This document shows positions 38,704 to 51,597 of a DNA stretch of 64,000 nucleotides, one piece after another. Each line of letters begins with the position of its first letter. Within the stretch, counting starts at the first letter, position 1. Both the position numbers and the translations under genes were made by a program. The notes beneath the pieces are model-generated. The model was not told the origin of the DNA. It saw only the letters and a program-made list of their open reading frames with translations, and did not search any database. The stretch is from the NCBI GenBank assembly GCA_010015585.1, contig ML975152.1. One strand, given 5' to 3'. The stretch comes from Eremomyces bilateralis CBS 781.70 (Eukaryota).

Positions 38704-40549
38704 ACGTAATCCACCAGCGAGTCGCCCAAACCACCGAGTCGCCCACTTCATCTCCGTAACAGCGATCATCACGATTTTTTCGCAATGTCTCAACAACAGA
38801 GCCCTCAATTACCTTCAAATGAAGCTAGAATGAACCTAGCCATCCAGACTATCGAACAAGACCAAGTTCAATCAATTCGAGAAGCTGCAAAAGCTTACAA
38901 CGTCCCGTGGAGTACCTTACGTGACCGCCGCAACGGAATGACTGCACGAAGCGATTGTGTCCCGAATTCGAAAAAGCTCTCAAATATGGAAGAAAGGGTG
39001 ATTATCGACTACTGCCTCGATGTCGACGCGCGCGGATTTCAGCTCAATTACGATATGTTGCGAGATATAGCCAACAAGCTACTCAGCGATCGCGGTCAGG
39101 CTCACGTTGGTATCAATTGGCCTTCAAGATTCGTACAACGCGTTCCAGAGCTCAAAACACGTGTTAATCGAAAGTACGACTATAAAAGAGCCCTGAACGA
39201 AGATCCAGAGATTATTGGCGCGTGGTTTCGCCTCGTACGCAACGTGAAGGCAAAATACGGTATCCTGGATGAAGATACATACAACTTTGATGAAGTTGGC
39301 TTTCAAATGGGCGTAATCGGGACGCGCATGGTCATCACGGGTACCGAACGACGTCAGACTCCAAAAACCTTGCAGCCAGGCAATACAGAATGGGTGACAT
39401 CGATCATTGCTGCCAGCGCGCAAGGTTGGATTGTCCCACCCTTCATCATCTTCAAAAGCGCTCGACATTACAATACCTGGTACGAGGCGATTGCGGATAG
39501 GCCTGATTGGGTTCTATCAGTTAGCGAGAAGGGCTGGACGTCCCTTGAGCATGGATTTGAGTGGTTAAAGCATTTTAATCGCTTCACAGAAGACCGTACG
39601 ACTGGCGCCTATCGGCTTCTGATTATGGATGGCCATAACAGCCATGACACTATCCAATTCCAGGATTTCTGCAAGGACCAGAAGATTATTACTCTCTGCA
39701 TGCCTTCGCATTCATCTCATTTGCTACAACCCCTCGACGTTGGCTGTTTTGGGCCATTAAAGCGCGCGTATAGCAAGGAGATTGAGGACTTTATCCGGTG
39801 CCGCATCAACCACATCACGAAAGAGGACTTTTTACCTGCTTTCAAGACCGCCTTCGAAAAAGCAATTGCTACGGAGAATATCCAGGGCGCCTTCAAAGGC
39901 GCAGGATTAGTGCCTTTCGATCCAGAAGCTGTTATTTCAAAGCTTGATGTCCGATTACAGACCCCGACGCCATTACCAGAGATCACTCAATGGGAGTCGC
40001 AAACACCACGCAACGTCGCTGAAATAAGGTCCCAAACAGAGTACATACGACAGCGCCTTCAAAGAGATCAAAATACCTCCCCAACACCGCTTTTAGAAAG
40101 CTTTTCAAGCCTTGAAAAGGGTGTTCAAATGGTCGCGCACGGAGCTTCAATCATGGAGGTCGAGATAGGAAAGCTTCGGAAGGCAAACGAGACGCTATCA
40201 AAGCGCAAACAACGCAAAAAAAAGGTGCTTAAGGGCGCTAATACGCGCTCAATTACTGATGGGCTTGAATTAGCTGTACAACGTCGGGATCAAGATATAA
40301 TCAGTGAAAATGGTACTTCTAATGACGTTCCCGCAAGGCGCCAGCGACGTTGCGGACGCTGTCGCGAGCCAGGACATCGCGTTGAGACCTGTACAATGCC
40401 TCAATTAGCTATACCAGAAAACGTAGATCCTAGCCTACTTCCTAATTAATAAATTGCTTCAGTAGTTGTTGAGATATTCAGGTTACGGTAGTGGGCCACG
40501 GTTGAGGTGGGCGACTCGGTGGTTTGGGCGACTCGCTGGTGGATTACGT
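38704..40549 (+). mobile_element. Fot1/Pot2-type (pogo, Tc1/mariner superfamily) DNA transposon, 1846 bp
   Basis: Perfect 43-bp TIRs (38704-38746 and 40507-40549, ACGTAATCCACCAGCGAGTCGCCC...); TA on both flanks (38702-38703, 40550-40551); single transposase ORF. Confidence 0.96.
38785..40449 (+). CDS. Pogo/Fot1 transposase, 554 aa
   Basis: psq/CENP-B-type HTH (SIREAAKAYNVPWSTLRDR), YNFDEVGF, LLIMDGHNSH, QPLDVGCF, C-terminal CGRCREPGHRVETC zinc knuckle. Confidence 0.95.
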   Translation: MSQQQSPQLPSNEARMNLAIQTIEQDQVQSIREAAKAYNVPWSTLRDRRNGMTARSDCVPNSKKLSNMEERVIIDYCLDVDARGFQLNYDMLRDIANKLLSDRGQAHVGINWPSRFVQRVPELKTRVNRKYDYKRALNEDPEIIGAWFRLVRNVKAKYGILDEDTYNFDEVGFQMGVIGTRMVITGTERRQTPKTLQPGNTEWVTSIIAASAQGWIVPPFIIFKSARHYNTWYEAIADRPDWVLSVSEKGWTSLEHGFEWLKHFNRFTEDRTTGAYRLLIMDGHNSHDTIQFQDFCKDQKIITLCMPSHSSHLLQPLDVGCFGPLKRAYSKEIEDFIRCRINHITKEDFLPAFKTAFEKAIATENIQGAFKGAGLVPFDPEAVISKLDVRLQTPTPLPEITQWESQTPRNVAEIRSQTEYIRQRLQRDQNTSPTPLLESFSSLEKGVQMVAHGASIMEVEIGKLRKANETLSKRKQRKKKVLKGANTRSITDGLELAVQRRDQDIISENGTSNDVPARRQRRCGRCREPGHRVETCTMPQLAIPENVDPSLLPN

Positions 40550-41042
40550 TAGTTAAGTTAAGTTAAGTTAGTGCTGGTTCAGTTTGTTTCTTCCACAGCA
40601 GATGCCTATAGTTCTCATCAGCATAACCCCAAAATTGTTGGTATGTGCCATCATTGCGATTGCTTAGTGATGCTGGCAGTTAATGACATGGGCTTGCATT
40701 CATACAGCGTGGTTCAAGAAGAATGTTTGGACTGAACCGCGCTGGAGATGCATGCACAGCAAATCCGGTCAGACTTCATCTGCATCATGGATGGTGCCTT
40801 GGTATACCAAATATCTGGATATACACCATGGCGGTTGCTATTGTTGCGGTAATTCCTTCATGAAATTCCTTCATGGTTAGCCGCATGAAGCAGGTACAAC
40901 GCCGGAGCATTACGTTCGTGTCTATTTTCCCAACTCGTCTCGGTCCCTCAAGGAAAGTTTCGATCGTTTTCATTCATTGCTTTCCTTCGTTAGTCTCGAG
41001 TCGATTATACTTAGTCTTATCAATCCACAGCCTTCATCTACC

Positions 41043-42805
41043 ATGTCCGTCAAAGGAACCGTCCATATGTCAATGGTGCAGCCATTGAAGCCCCATATTC
41101 CAACCCCAGTTCGATGCATTATCGAGAACACGGTGGTTTCCGTCAGTCGAATCTTCGTGGATGAATCCTCCCTCATCGGAAAGATACGCGGATATGGCTT
41201 GTTTACTACGGACAAGATCGCTGCGTACACCGATGTCTTCCGCACGTCCAATCCGGCAACATGGTGTGTCATGCCCCAAGTCTTCAAACAAGCCTGCGAC
41301 AACTGCTTCGCCGATAGAGCGAGAGACGTCGGGCAACTGGACTACCAACTGGATCCGACTAATAAAATGCAACCACTTATCCCGTGCGATGGCTGCAAGA
41401 GGGTATATTACTGCGATGATGTGAGTCGGTGCTCCCATATTTGAAGGAATCCAACTGAGAGTTCCGGCCACAGTTCTGCCGGAGGGCGGCTTGGGACAAC
41501 CATCACAAGCGAGAGTGTCAGTACTTCCAAGAGGAGAGATGGAAATGGATTTGCGTCAACCAGTTCGCGAAGCTCGCACGATTGGTGATGCGCTTATACT
41601 CCTCCGAGGCATCAGAAGAACAAATATTTGCGCTAAGGGGCCAGCTGCCAATGCACCCGAGCCGCTTGCAACGTTACTTAAAGAATCCTATTTTCACCCA
41701 AACCATACGCATTTTGACTGAGACGATGGCTCACCTTTGCCGAGCTGAGGGGCGGCTTCCACTTTCTTGGCAAGACTGCACAAGATTGGCCATCAGAGTG
41801 AGATCAAGTTTGCGTTTCGACCGAAAACCGAAGCTGATCATTGTGAAGCTGGACAGCTTGGTCCGCCTCTACAGGCTATCGCCGTGCCACCAATTCCATA
41901 TGACTTATCGGATTGACCTCACCATGATTTATGTCTGTCACTCATGCGATCCGAACTGCCACTACTTCGTCAATGGGAAGGAGTTGGTTCTTCGAACTCT
42001 AAAACCCATCCAGCCTGGAGAACAGTTGACAGCTTCACTCATCGTGAGGGCAGAGTTGTCGGCGGTCGACCGAACCGGTTTCTTGGCCAGTGAAGTAAAC
42101 CAACCTTGCGAATGTGAGTCATCGGGTGATTATCTCTCAACCCTTCCGTTAACCTTCACAGGTTCAAAATGCATTGAGGAGTACTTCTCTTCGCTTTCGC
42201 CGGCATCCACGGCCTTACAAACCCTCAGTAATATCCTCCGCAATCCTGCCCTCGATGGTCCAACTACGTTGGCAGCCGACGCATGGCGACCACTGAGGGG
42301 CCGTGTATGGGACTTTGCCCTTGGAACATATCATTTCCAAGAAGCGTTTGAACTGGTTGCGCGGATCACCACGTGGGCCTACTTTTGTGCCCCGCCATTC
42401 GAAGAGCACCCTCATCGAGTGTATCCTCTTATCGTCGTCTGTTTAGCACTGAATGGGGCACTGCGCTATGCCCTCTCTCCAGCGAGCCCCAGAGGGTCAT
42501 TTGGATTGAAGGAAGCCGTCGGGGAAGACGATTTGGGGTGTGCGCTCTCGGATTGTTGCACTCAAGCGATCAACGACGGAAAAAATATTTTCGGTCCGGA
42601 TTGCTACCCATTCAGGAAGCTGGAAGACATGTTCGGGCTGTTTTACGTCCGAAATGCGAAACAGACGACCTACGAAGAGTTCCTCTTCGAGTTTCGTGCC
42701 AAATACCCGGCTCTGATCAAGTGGTGTAGCGATGCCGCTGTGGATAATGCGGAGCGCTTTGAGCAGTGGTTGACGATGGTTCCGCTCCTTTTTGAAAATC
42801 ACTAA
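41043..42805 (+). CDS. MYND-finger/SET-domain protein (SMYD-like, divergent)
   Basis: RGYGLFT, CDNC...CDGCKRVYYC..|FC...W..HHKREC (MYND), CHSCDPNC, LRTLKPIQPGEQLT, post-SET CxCxxC after splicing. Introns at about 41421-41473, 41798-41848 and 42114-42162. Confidence 0.75.
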
Positions 42806-43936
42806 TCCCGCAAGGCCAAAGCCGTTGGTTGACACTCATGTACTGCCCATCATTCGCTAAGATCCACCTCAAGAAAGCAGACAGCGAATTTCACATGCAG
42901 TTCCCATTCATCTCAGAGAGACTCGGTCAGACGAGTGTACGTACTGGTAACCGGTCTGTTCAGATACGTTTCGAGTCAGTGATCCAACTGGTGCAGCCGG
43001 GCAACGAACTGCCAACGCATGCTCCGTTATCACAACTAATCCGTTAATCTCCAAAAAGTGCCAAGTTTCGACGAGCCAACGGTGGATTGGATCCCGGCTG
43101 GTGAGTGGTGCCCGTGATTGCGTGTGTGGGCGTCTGTGTCCTTCTCCACAAAGTCTTTGCTTCTTCCCCGCATTCCCCTTTCGCGCATCGGCGGCCATCG
43201 ACCTGGTTTTGTCCTGTCATCCAACGCCTCGCTCGACTGTGGGGCGCAACAAGAAATGATGGGATGAAACCTCAGTCATTTTCTACCGAATTTGCTCATT
43301 CATTATTAATGCGTGTCCAATGGTTTCCTATGAACGACTCTCCCATTGGACGGCACCATTTCCAAACGTTAAACCTCCAGGGTGACACCTGGAATCCCTC
43401 ATCTATCACGCTCTGTATAATGAAACTCGGAGGGCTCGGTAGTCGGTAGCCTTCTATGCGCTTCCTATGCCCTATTCTATAGGCATACTTCGCCAACAGA
43501 CTATTGCGATATTTATCCGTTTCATATCGACTTCTTGGCCTGGAGTTTGTTCCATTTCCGCCTGTCAGCGTGTCAGATCGCTGGTTGGCTCCCGTTGCGT
43601 CCCACCTGTATTGGCCTGTGCCTCTCGCGGGCTATATCTGAAACTTGGCGAAGTCTATTCACGCTTGGAACACTAGAAGCCTCGTTAGAATCCCATTGCT
43701 ACTAGGTTTACACATGCTTTCCAAGATTCCTTTATTGCTCTACCGTTCTGAGCGGCCCTACTTCCCGTTTTGACTTATGTTCATTTATCTATGTTATCTA
43801 TGAATCGACCCCGCCACGCATGTTCTTTGGGACCCGTCGTATATCGTAATCGTTTGTTCCTGCACGGTTGATCCGCAATAAAGCCAGCCGGTAACTTCAC
43901 CTGAAAAGTGGTTTCTTCTGCAGAAGTTCGTGGGCC

Positions 43937-45441
43937 ATGTCGTCGAAACGATCGCATAAGAAGTCAAAGAATGGTTGCAAGACGTGTAGGCAGAGGAAGA
44001 TCAAGGTGAGCCATTTTACATCTGCCCTGTCGAATATCCGTTCGGATGAATTGGGAGCAGAGAATATGTTGTCATTGGCTTCTTACGAGCTCCAATCGAG
44101 TTCAACGTATAGCGGCAGTCTGAGCGGCATGGCTTACCAACGACAACACAGTGCGATGAGACGAGACCAGTATGCCTACCATGTAGAAAACATCGAGTCC
44201 TGTGCCACTGGAATGGCCCAGATCAGTCACAAAACGACGCCTTAAGCCAACTTGAGCAGCAGGCCACATTATCATTCCAGTTCAACGACCCGGGGTCACC
44301 ACCATGGTTTGGGTATCCGGACCGGCCGATTCTAGAGCTGGAGCTGATAAACATCCATACCTATATTCACGCGACGGCTTCATCATCCTTTGAACCGCAA
44401 ATCCGCCGTCTCTGGGCATACGAGGTGCCCCAACGGGCTCTTCACTGTGATTATTTGATGAGCAGCATCCTCGGCTATGCCGCCTTCCACACGCATATTC
44501 ACAATCCCGGAAATATTCGCATGAAGCTGGCGGCGCATAACTACTTCGGCGATGCCGTGCGGAAGCTGAGCAAGGAGCTAGCGAACATCACGGAAAAGAA
44601 CGCCGGCCTGGTGTTCGCGGCGTCGACGATCATCGCGTTCCATTCCAGTATCCTGTGGCTTGATCCGTGTACTCGGAATGATCGATCCGGGTACGAGTTG
44701 CCCTTGCAATGGTTCCAGACAGGGCAGGGGGTGGGTGCTGTGGTCCGATCCGCGGGGAAATACATCGCGGGAACCCCGATTGGGCTACTGGTCGAGGGGC
44801 TCCCGCACAAGCAGCCGGAGTGCGAGCCAGTCGAGATGCTCGCGCCGCTGAAAGCAGTCTTTTTCCCGGAAACAACTCCAAAGAGTCCGGCGGAGGTCAA
44901 TCCGGACGATATGTGTCTTAACATGGTGTTTCGGTATATCGAATCGATGTACCGTGGGCTTCTGAAGGGCGAAGCGATCCGAATCACCCGGCGACGAATT
45001 CTGGTGTTTCCGACGATCCTGAGCCGGAGATACATCGATCTGCTGCGTGCGCATGATCCTCGCGCCCTAACCCTCCTGGCGTACTACTTCGCCGGCATGA
45101 AGGTCGTCGAGCAGCACTGGTGGATCAAAGGTCGCGCCGACCATGAGATCCTCGGCATCATCGATCTGTTGCCGCAGGAATGGCGGATGCAGTGTGTCTG
45201 GCCGTGCATTGTCGATCCACTGGAGTGGTTCGAAGCCGGGATACCCCTGTGCATCATCCGAATGGATGACGGGCAAGATGTCGGCGTGGTGTTTCTCCCC
45301 TTCGAAGCTGGCGGTGCGCAGGCGCAATTGGAGCAGTTCACCAAGCCGGACGTACCCGGCGTGGATGGCCCGGAGACGGTGGAGTCGGTGCGCGAAAGTC
45401 CAGAGGCACCGCGCCTGGGGCCGTTGACCACGTTCGCGTGA
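43937..45441 (+). CDS. Zn(II)2Cys6 transcription factor (Upc2-like)
   Basis: KRSHKKSKNGCKTCRQRKIK|CDETRPVCLPCRKHRVLC across intron 44006-44151; DPRALTLLAYY and WWIKG in the fungal TF C-terminal domain. Confidence 0.9.
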
Positions 45442-47248
45442 ACATGGGGACAGCGAACTGGATTGGTGCACGAGTGGCGGTCCGGAGTTGGGCTGGATCA
45501 GTTGGGATCAGCCATCGGCGTGGGATCATTTCGGCAAGGTGAGCATCGCACTGCGCGATTGCTTTGATCCAGGTGCTTCCATTTATGCCTGAAATGCTTT
45601 CTTATCTATAAATCATATTAGCTCGGCGTGTTGCTAGTGTGTATAGGATTACCCCGGAGACTGCGATGGTGTCTCGAAACCGCGATGGTATGTTTGGCAT
45701 GTCATGAGGAGACGGTCCATTTATAAAGCTCCCTTGAAGGGATCTGTATATCGAAATCGAAGTCATGTCAACGATATAAAATCGAACAAATTGATGAAAG
45801 AAATCCCGTCCACAAAGAAACTGAAGACTGCGGTTCGTCGCACGGACAAAAGAAAGGACGACTCGTCTGGCGTCCACCGTCCTTTTGTATGCATGTTTCT
45901 CAGCCGAATCTTTCACAAATTCGGAGGGTTCACTATTTCACGACAGAATGTATCTGCCGACGAGGCTCACATGTAATGCAAGGCGCTTATAGGAGTCGAA
46001 ACCCGGTCCAGTTACTGTTTCAGGCACCCTCCTGCTCGCTCTCGGGTTCTGATAAGCACCAGGTTCAATTGGTGACCAATCAGCAGCATGATTGAACAAC
46101 GCCAGATGCACTGCACAAATGCACAAGTGGGTTCAATCCGAGATATTCGGCTATCTTGGTGGGCATCCAATAGTAGCAACTGGTTTTAAAGACGTGTGTC
46201 GGTTCCCCTGGTGTGAAGAGCATCTGATTCCGAGTTGAAGTGGGTGTGATGTCTTTTAGTTATGGAGTAGGGTGGTCGCATCGAATGTGACTTTTCAATG
46301 AGTTTCAATGCCGAGTCGCATAGTGTCCGATCGGCCATCGATTACCCCTGTACAGAATATGGTTACTCGCCCTATGCGAGAGATGTAAGTTTCATCAAAG
46401 GCAATATACACCTTCCAGCGCATGTCAAATTCCCGGCCTGTTGCTCATTCCAGGTTGAAAGTAGAGAAAGATACGGTACGTTTGCGATACTACTGATTAA
46501 CTCACGATCACTGTGAAGGGATTGTCCAACCATCATTCTAAAGGCCGGTTGACGAGAGCGTGTCGACGTTATGCAAGCTAAGAGCGAGTGCGAATATGAT
46601 CTTTTGTCGAGACACTTCACATGCTTTGAAGAACACTTGCAGTGTCGTAGAATCAACCACGGCCCCGAACGGTATTATGGTCAGGATGGCTGCACGGATA
46701 TAGTAGCTCTCGCACTGGGGATATCGCTGAATATGATACCCAAAGACCAGGATACTGACACTTTGCGCTTAGAAGACATATCAACCTAGATCGATACATC
46801 AGTCACAAGTTCTATGATATTGGGAGGACCAGCATAAACACAGTCCCGTCGAAGGCATGGACATTGAATCCAACCGGTTGACTATTTGTTACTGCCAGTG
46901 GCAGAGCAACGGATGTGAAGTCACATAAATTATATGACCCCTTATCAACAAAATGACGACATGCATACATCCAGGCATGCTAGCTACTGTATACGACTGC
47001 AGCGCACGTCCACTGGGAATTTGCAATCATTCTCTGCAACATGCACCGCAGAGGCAGATGTAACGATGAGAGTTCGCATGACACCTTTTGTGGTTCCCAT
47101 GCTCTTTTGATATCGATGTGCCTCATGGCTTCCCCGTTGTGCGCCACGCAAATGCGATATCCGACTCCGTATTCGACACTCATGCGACATGCCTGGTATG
47201 ACCGTTGCTAATGCTGTGAAAGGAAGCCTCAATCACGAGATCGAACAC

Positions 47249-47948
47249 TCATGTTTTGGGTACCTGGGACTCGAGGTTGCCAATCTGCTTTCGGAGTTGC
47301 ACCCAGAAGTCCTGGCCGGATGCCATGGCATTCGCTGCAAACCATGTTAACCTTCTTTCATTCGCGAAGACACGGTTGGTTTGATGGGGACGTACGCCTA
47401 CTACCCCAAGCCGCTGCTTTTCCAGCGCTTGCACTGCCATCCGATGGCTTCCAATGTCGCACGTCGGCCCCACCCACTGCCCGCGTGTAGCATTGCTTCA
47501 GGAATTCCTTGGTTTCCGCGGAATTGAATCCGTTCACGGGGACATGCTTCTCGTCCGCCGGAGACACCGCCGCCTTTCCGCTCGCATAAGATTGGCTCGC
47601 GGCTCCGGGGGACTGTGGCGCGGACGACTTCTGAGACGCTCCGCGGGTCCAGACGTTCGTTCCCGGAGATTGCAGGTTCCCCGTCTGTTTGTCCCGCGAC
47701 GGGGTGTTGGATCGATCGCGGGAACTGCCAGACGATGGCTGCCGGGGGTTCTGCGGCGCAGCGAGGTTGGCCGGTGGCGGTCGGCGCCAGCTAGAATGGA
47801 AGGTTAATATCCGTACGTGGCTTCTGAAATCGGCAAAGGACCAAGATCATGAACAGCTAGTGGGATACACGACTGGACCGTGGTGTGATGGACTCGAGCA
47901 TGCGTTGGCATCAACATGAACTTACCGGTTCTCGCTTGCGGCGCTCAT
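47249..47948 (-). CDS. Fungal hypothetical protein
   Basis: ATG 47948 and two GT-AG introns (about 47791-47925 and 47336-47395) give MSAASENRWRR...HVPVNGFNSAETKEFLK...MASGQDFWVQLRKQI; divergent from RPL22. Confidence 0.65.
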
Positions 47949-48307
47949 GGTGAACCAGGACGAGGGAATGACGCCAAGGAAAGATTCGACAACCGCCTCC
48001 GCAATTCCTCGACGCAAAGGAGGACAAGTTGCGAGAAGCTCGATTAGGCTGATAGCCCTTGACGGCGGATGGAGGAAATGACAACACCATGAGCTGATTG
48101 TCAGTTGTCACATTGCCTACGCGAACGGCGTGAACCGTCCGCCGGATTTAAAGTGGGGCCACACCAGTCGAACTTTCGGACCACATCACTAAAATATTCC
48201 ACAGCACCACCATCGACGCCATCGATTTTACATCTCCAGCACTACTCTCAAATCCCATTGTTGGCGCAGGATAACCACTTCTTTGCGTCCATTCTCAACT
48301 TTTCAAA

Positions 48308-48815
48308 ATGGCTCCAGCAACCGTATGACCGCCCCCCTCGTTCCCGTGCCTCGAACTTCAGCTGATCATGTCACAGAAACGTACTGGTGGCGCCAAGGGC
48401 GGAGCGAAGAAGGGCCAGAAGATCACGAAGAAGGTATAGAGAGTTGCCTTCGCGATGGATGGAGAGAGAAGGCGGCTAACATCCCCCCCAGTTCGTCATC
48501 AACGCCGCACAGCCCGCCAACGACAAGATCTTCGACGTCTCTGCCTTCGAGAAGTTCCTCCACGACCGCATCAAGGTGGACGGCCGCACCGGCAACCTCG
48601 GCGACACGATCCAGATCTCGCAGGTTGGCGAGGGCAAGATCGAGGTCGTCGCCCACCAGGAGTTCTCCGGCCGCTACCTCAAGTACCTCACCAAGAAGTT
48701 CTTGAAGAAGCAGCAGCTCCGCGACTGGCTGCGCGTCGTGTCCACCTCCAAGGGCGTCTATGAACTGCGATTCTTCAATGTCATGGACGATGCTGAGGAA
48801 GAGGACGAGGATTAG
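48308..48815 (+). CDS. RPL22: 60S ribosomal protein eL22
   Basis: KITKKFVINAAQPANDKIFDVSAFEKFLHDRIKVDGRTGNLG...FSGRYLKYLTKKFLKKQQLRDWLRVVST; 2 introns. Confidence 0.97.
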
Positions 48816-49111
48816 ACTTGCGCGCCAACATGGGACCTGTCAAGTGCCTACACTGGTCATTGGCGTCATAGCTAGTCCAGCATGTATCCTAGAATCACCG
48901 GGAAAGCATGAGAATCAATAATGGTGTTGACAGAGACTTTCTATGGCCCCTCGTTTTAATGCGTCATTGTTCGTGTCTATCATCGTTATCCATCGTCCAT
49001 GCCCAACTCGTGCAACCGGTCGTTTTAGCCGGCACGTGAGGTCTGAATATTACACCTCTCGCACGGTTCCAATATTTCGGAGACAGCGTCCGCATTCGAA
49101 GCGTGTAGCAA

Positions 49112-50762
49112 CTAGTAATCCATGAGATCACCATATGACCCATTTGAACCCGCCACGTCCTCCATCGTCATGGCCTGGCCGCCCCTCAGTGCCTCCATGT
49201 GAGGTCCGCGACCTTTGCCAGAGGCGACCACTAGGTTGGCATGCAACATATTCATGCGCATTAACCGCAGCCGCAACGTCCGCTCGTACGACTGAGCCAT
49301 GTCAAGCGCTTGGGCTTGCAGGGCCGATCGGGGATGTGGAGTGGGGGAGATGAGTAGCTGAGGAGCTGTTAGTGTCTCCGTTGGAAAAGTATCGTAGAGA
49401 GGCTTACTCGATCCACCAGGTCTAGCCGTGCCTCCAGAGACCCCCTTTTGATCATGTCCACTAATTCCTCCTCGATTGGTCGCCCATCGGTGGACGGGAA
49501 CCGTGTCTGCATCTCGTCCAGCGTGACCTTATTGAACGGTTTAAAGTACTGCACGATGCTCTTCCGCCGCACCAGTTCGTAGAGCTGGAGCAGATGCGGC
49601 TGCAGGTAGACGTCTAGCAAGTAGTCGTTGCGGTGCGAGTCTAGGATTTCGAGGCAGGCGGAGTAGTTGCAGGAGCAGAAGAGGGAGATGGCCCGACGAA
49701 TGTGCGGTTCCAGTTCCAGGAAATGTCGGAACGTCGCGCTGTCGAGGACCCTCTCTTTGAGCTCTTGGGGGCTCATGGATGCCAGCGCACAGAGACCGCC
49801 GTAGACGGCAATGTCGTTGCCTGTTATCAGCTCTTTCTGAAAGTCGATCCCCGCACGTGGTTCTAGGGCCGTATAAGATTGCGGGGTTGCAATGAAACTC
49901 CTCGCCGCGTCGGCATAGTTCTTCGCGGCGAGTGAGACGAGACCGTTCAAGGGCGGCAGGAGGGCGTCGATAATGTCTTTGTCCTCGGTCGGAAGGGGTT
50001 GAGCGAGGACGCGCTGGATGGCGTTCCCGAGGTGGTGGAGCTGCTTGGTGGCAAGGTGGACCATGGCCAGCTTGAGGAATAGTTCGATTTCATGACGGGC
50101 GGTTTGTCGGAATTCCCGGGCGCGGGCGTATGCTTTCAAGGCACTGCCGAAGTCCCCGATCTGGTACGCGTGGAAGGCGATGTCTTCATTTGCCATCTAC
50201 GCTGCTGTCAGCTGCCTGGCTTTCGAAGCCGCCTGAAATGCCCAGGCCGGAGTGAGTTTCTGAACGCTTACACGAATGCTCTCTCGGATCATGTTGTTCT
50301 TGTACCCTTTCAGCTCCTGATCCAACCGGTCCGATTCCGCCTTCTCCACCAGCTTCGTCCGGGCGACCCAGTCCAGGTCTGTCTCGCTCAGCGGATCTCC
50401 CGGCACGATCTTCTGCAAGATCTCCATGACCTGCATGTAGGCATCCACATCTTTGCCGCGTCGGGCCTCTTCCATCGCCAGTCGGAGCGCATCCAGACAC
50501 AGGCACGTCGACGTGGCGCCGATGGACTTTAACCGGTCGAGTTTTGTTCTTCCTGTGGCGGGATCAGCAACGGCGTCATGTCTGCGTGGAACGGGGTAGC
50601 CGGACCTTGGTAGTTGGAGATGTATGATTCGAGGTCGAATTTGGGAGGTTCTGCGGAGTCTTAGTCAGCGGACGAGCTATTCTATAGCATAGGAGACGTA
50701 CCATGGACAACAACGAGCCCATTTTGGGCGCGGTTATTGAAGAATTCGGAATTGGCAGCCAT
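49112..50762 (-). CDS. CSN1: COP9 signalosome subunit 1 (PCI domain)
   Basis: PKFDLESYISNY.GRT, ELKGYKNNMIRESIRMANED, NDIAVYGGLCALAS, FLELEP, YLLDVYL, ARLD; 4 introns. Confidence 0.92.
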
Positions 50763-51597
50763 GGTGAGTTTGCGGCGATGTCGTGCGGCGGTTGGTAGGT
50801 GCCCGTTCGGACGGCTTAGTCCATAGCTGGTGAGGAATGGTTTGGATTACGAGCTAGGAGGGTTGATCATTCGTAAACTGGTTCCGTTTGGTCCTTCAAA
50901 TTTTCATGCGTTTCCAGCGTGTGTATCAGTGTACAATATGTTCAAGGTACGAGCAAGTGAAGTTATCGTAGTGAAGTTATCATATGGCTGGAGCTCCAGG
51001 TTAAGCAGGAGCTCGGGGTGAGCTTACAGTGTCATGGATGCCTTACCGACTATCGGCTTGATGCCTGAGGCACCAAGGCACCAATAGAGTATAGCACGTG
51101 ATATGACGCAAGTATGGAATTGTTCCATGCGTTCTGGGCTCAGGCACTCTTCACCATCGACAGGCGATATGATTGAAAAGCATGTTTATGGGTTACTGAT
51201 ACAAACTCTATCAATGACTGAGCAGGCCAGTGACCTGCACAAGCCCAACTTTTCCAGTCCTATGGTCATGTCATCGGCATTAGCCATGTAGCCGTCGTCA
51301 AGTCCCCATGTCCCGTAGGCCGTTAATACACCAGACATCCCGTATCGTCAAAGTGGGTGGCCCTTCGTGTTCCTGCCGACCCATATTAAGACCTTCCAAA
51401 CGCCGCAAATGATTCGAATCGACAAATGACACGGGCCGAATGGGCGTGCAATAAAAGCCACCAACCATCCGGCGTTGAATGAAAGTAGACGCGTGACCCA
51501 AGTGGGGTCCGCGTCGTCCCCAAACCCCTTCCCATAAAAGTACAGAACTCATAGCATACAACTGGACCACTTTTCAGAGCATCGGGGATGCATCATC

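Noticed and set aside
37677..38818. ORFs of 285-350 aa spanning the gap
   Set aside because: Artefacts of N translated as X.
46126..46145. GGTTCAATCC T-loop-like motif
   Set aside because: No T-stem pairing or cloverleaf.
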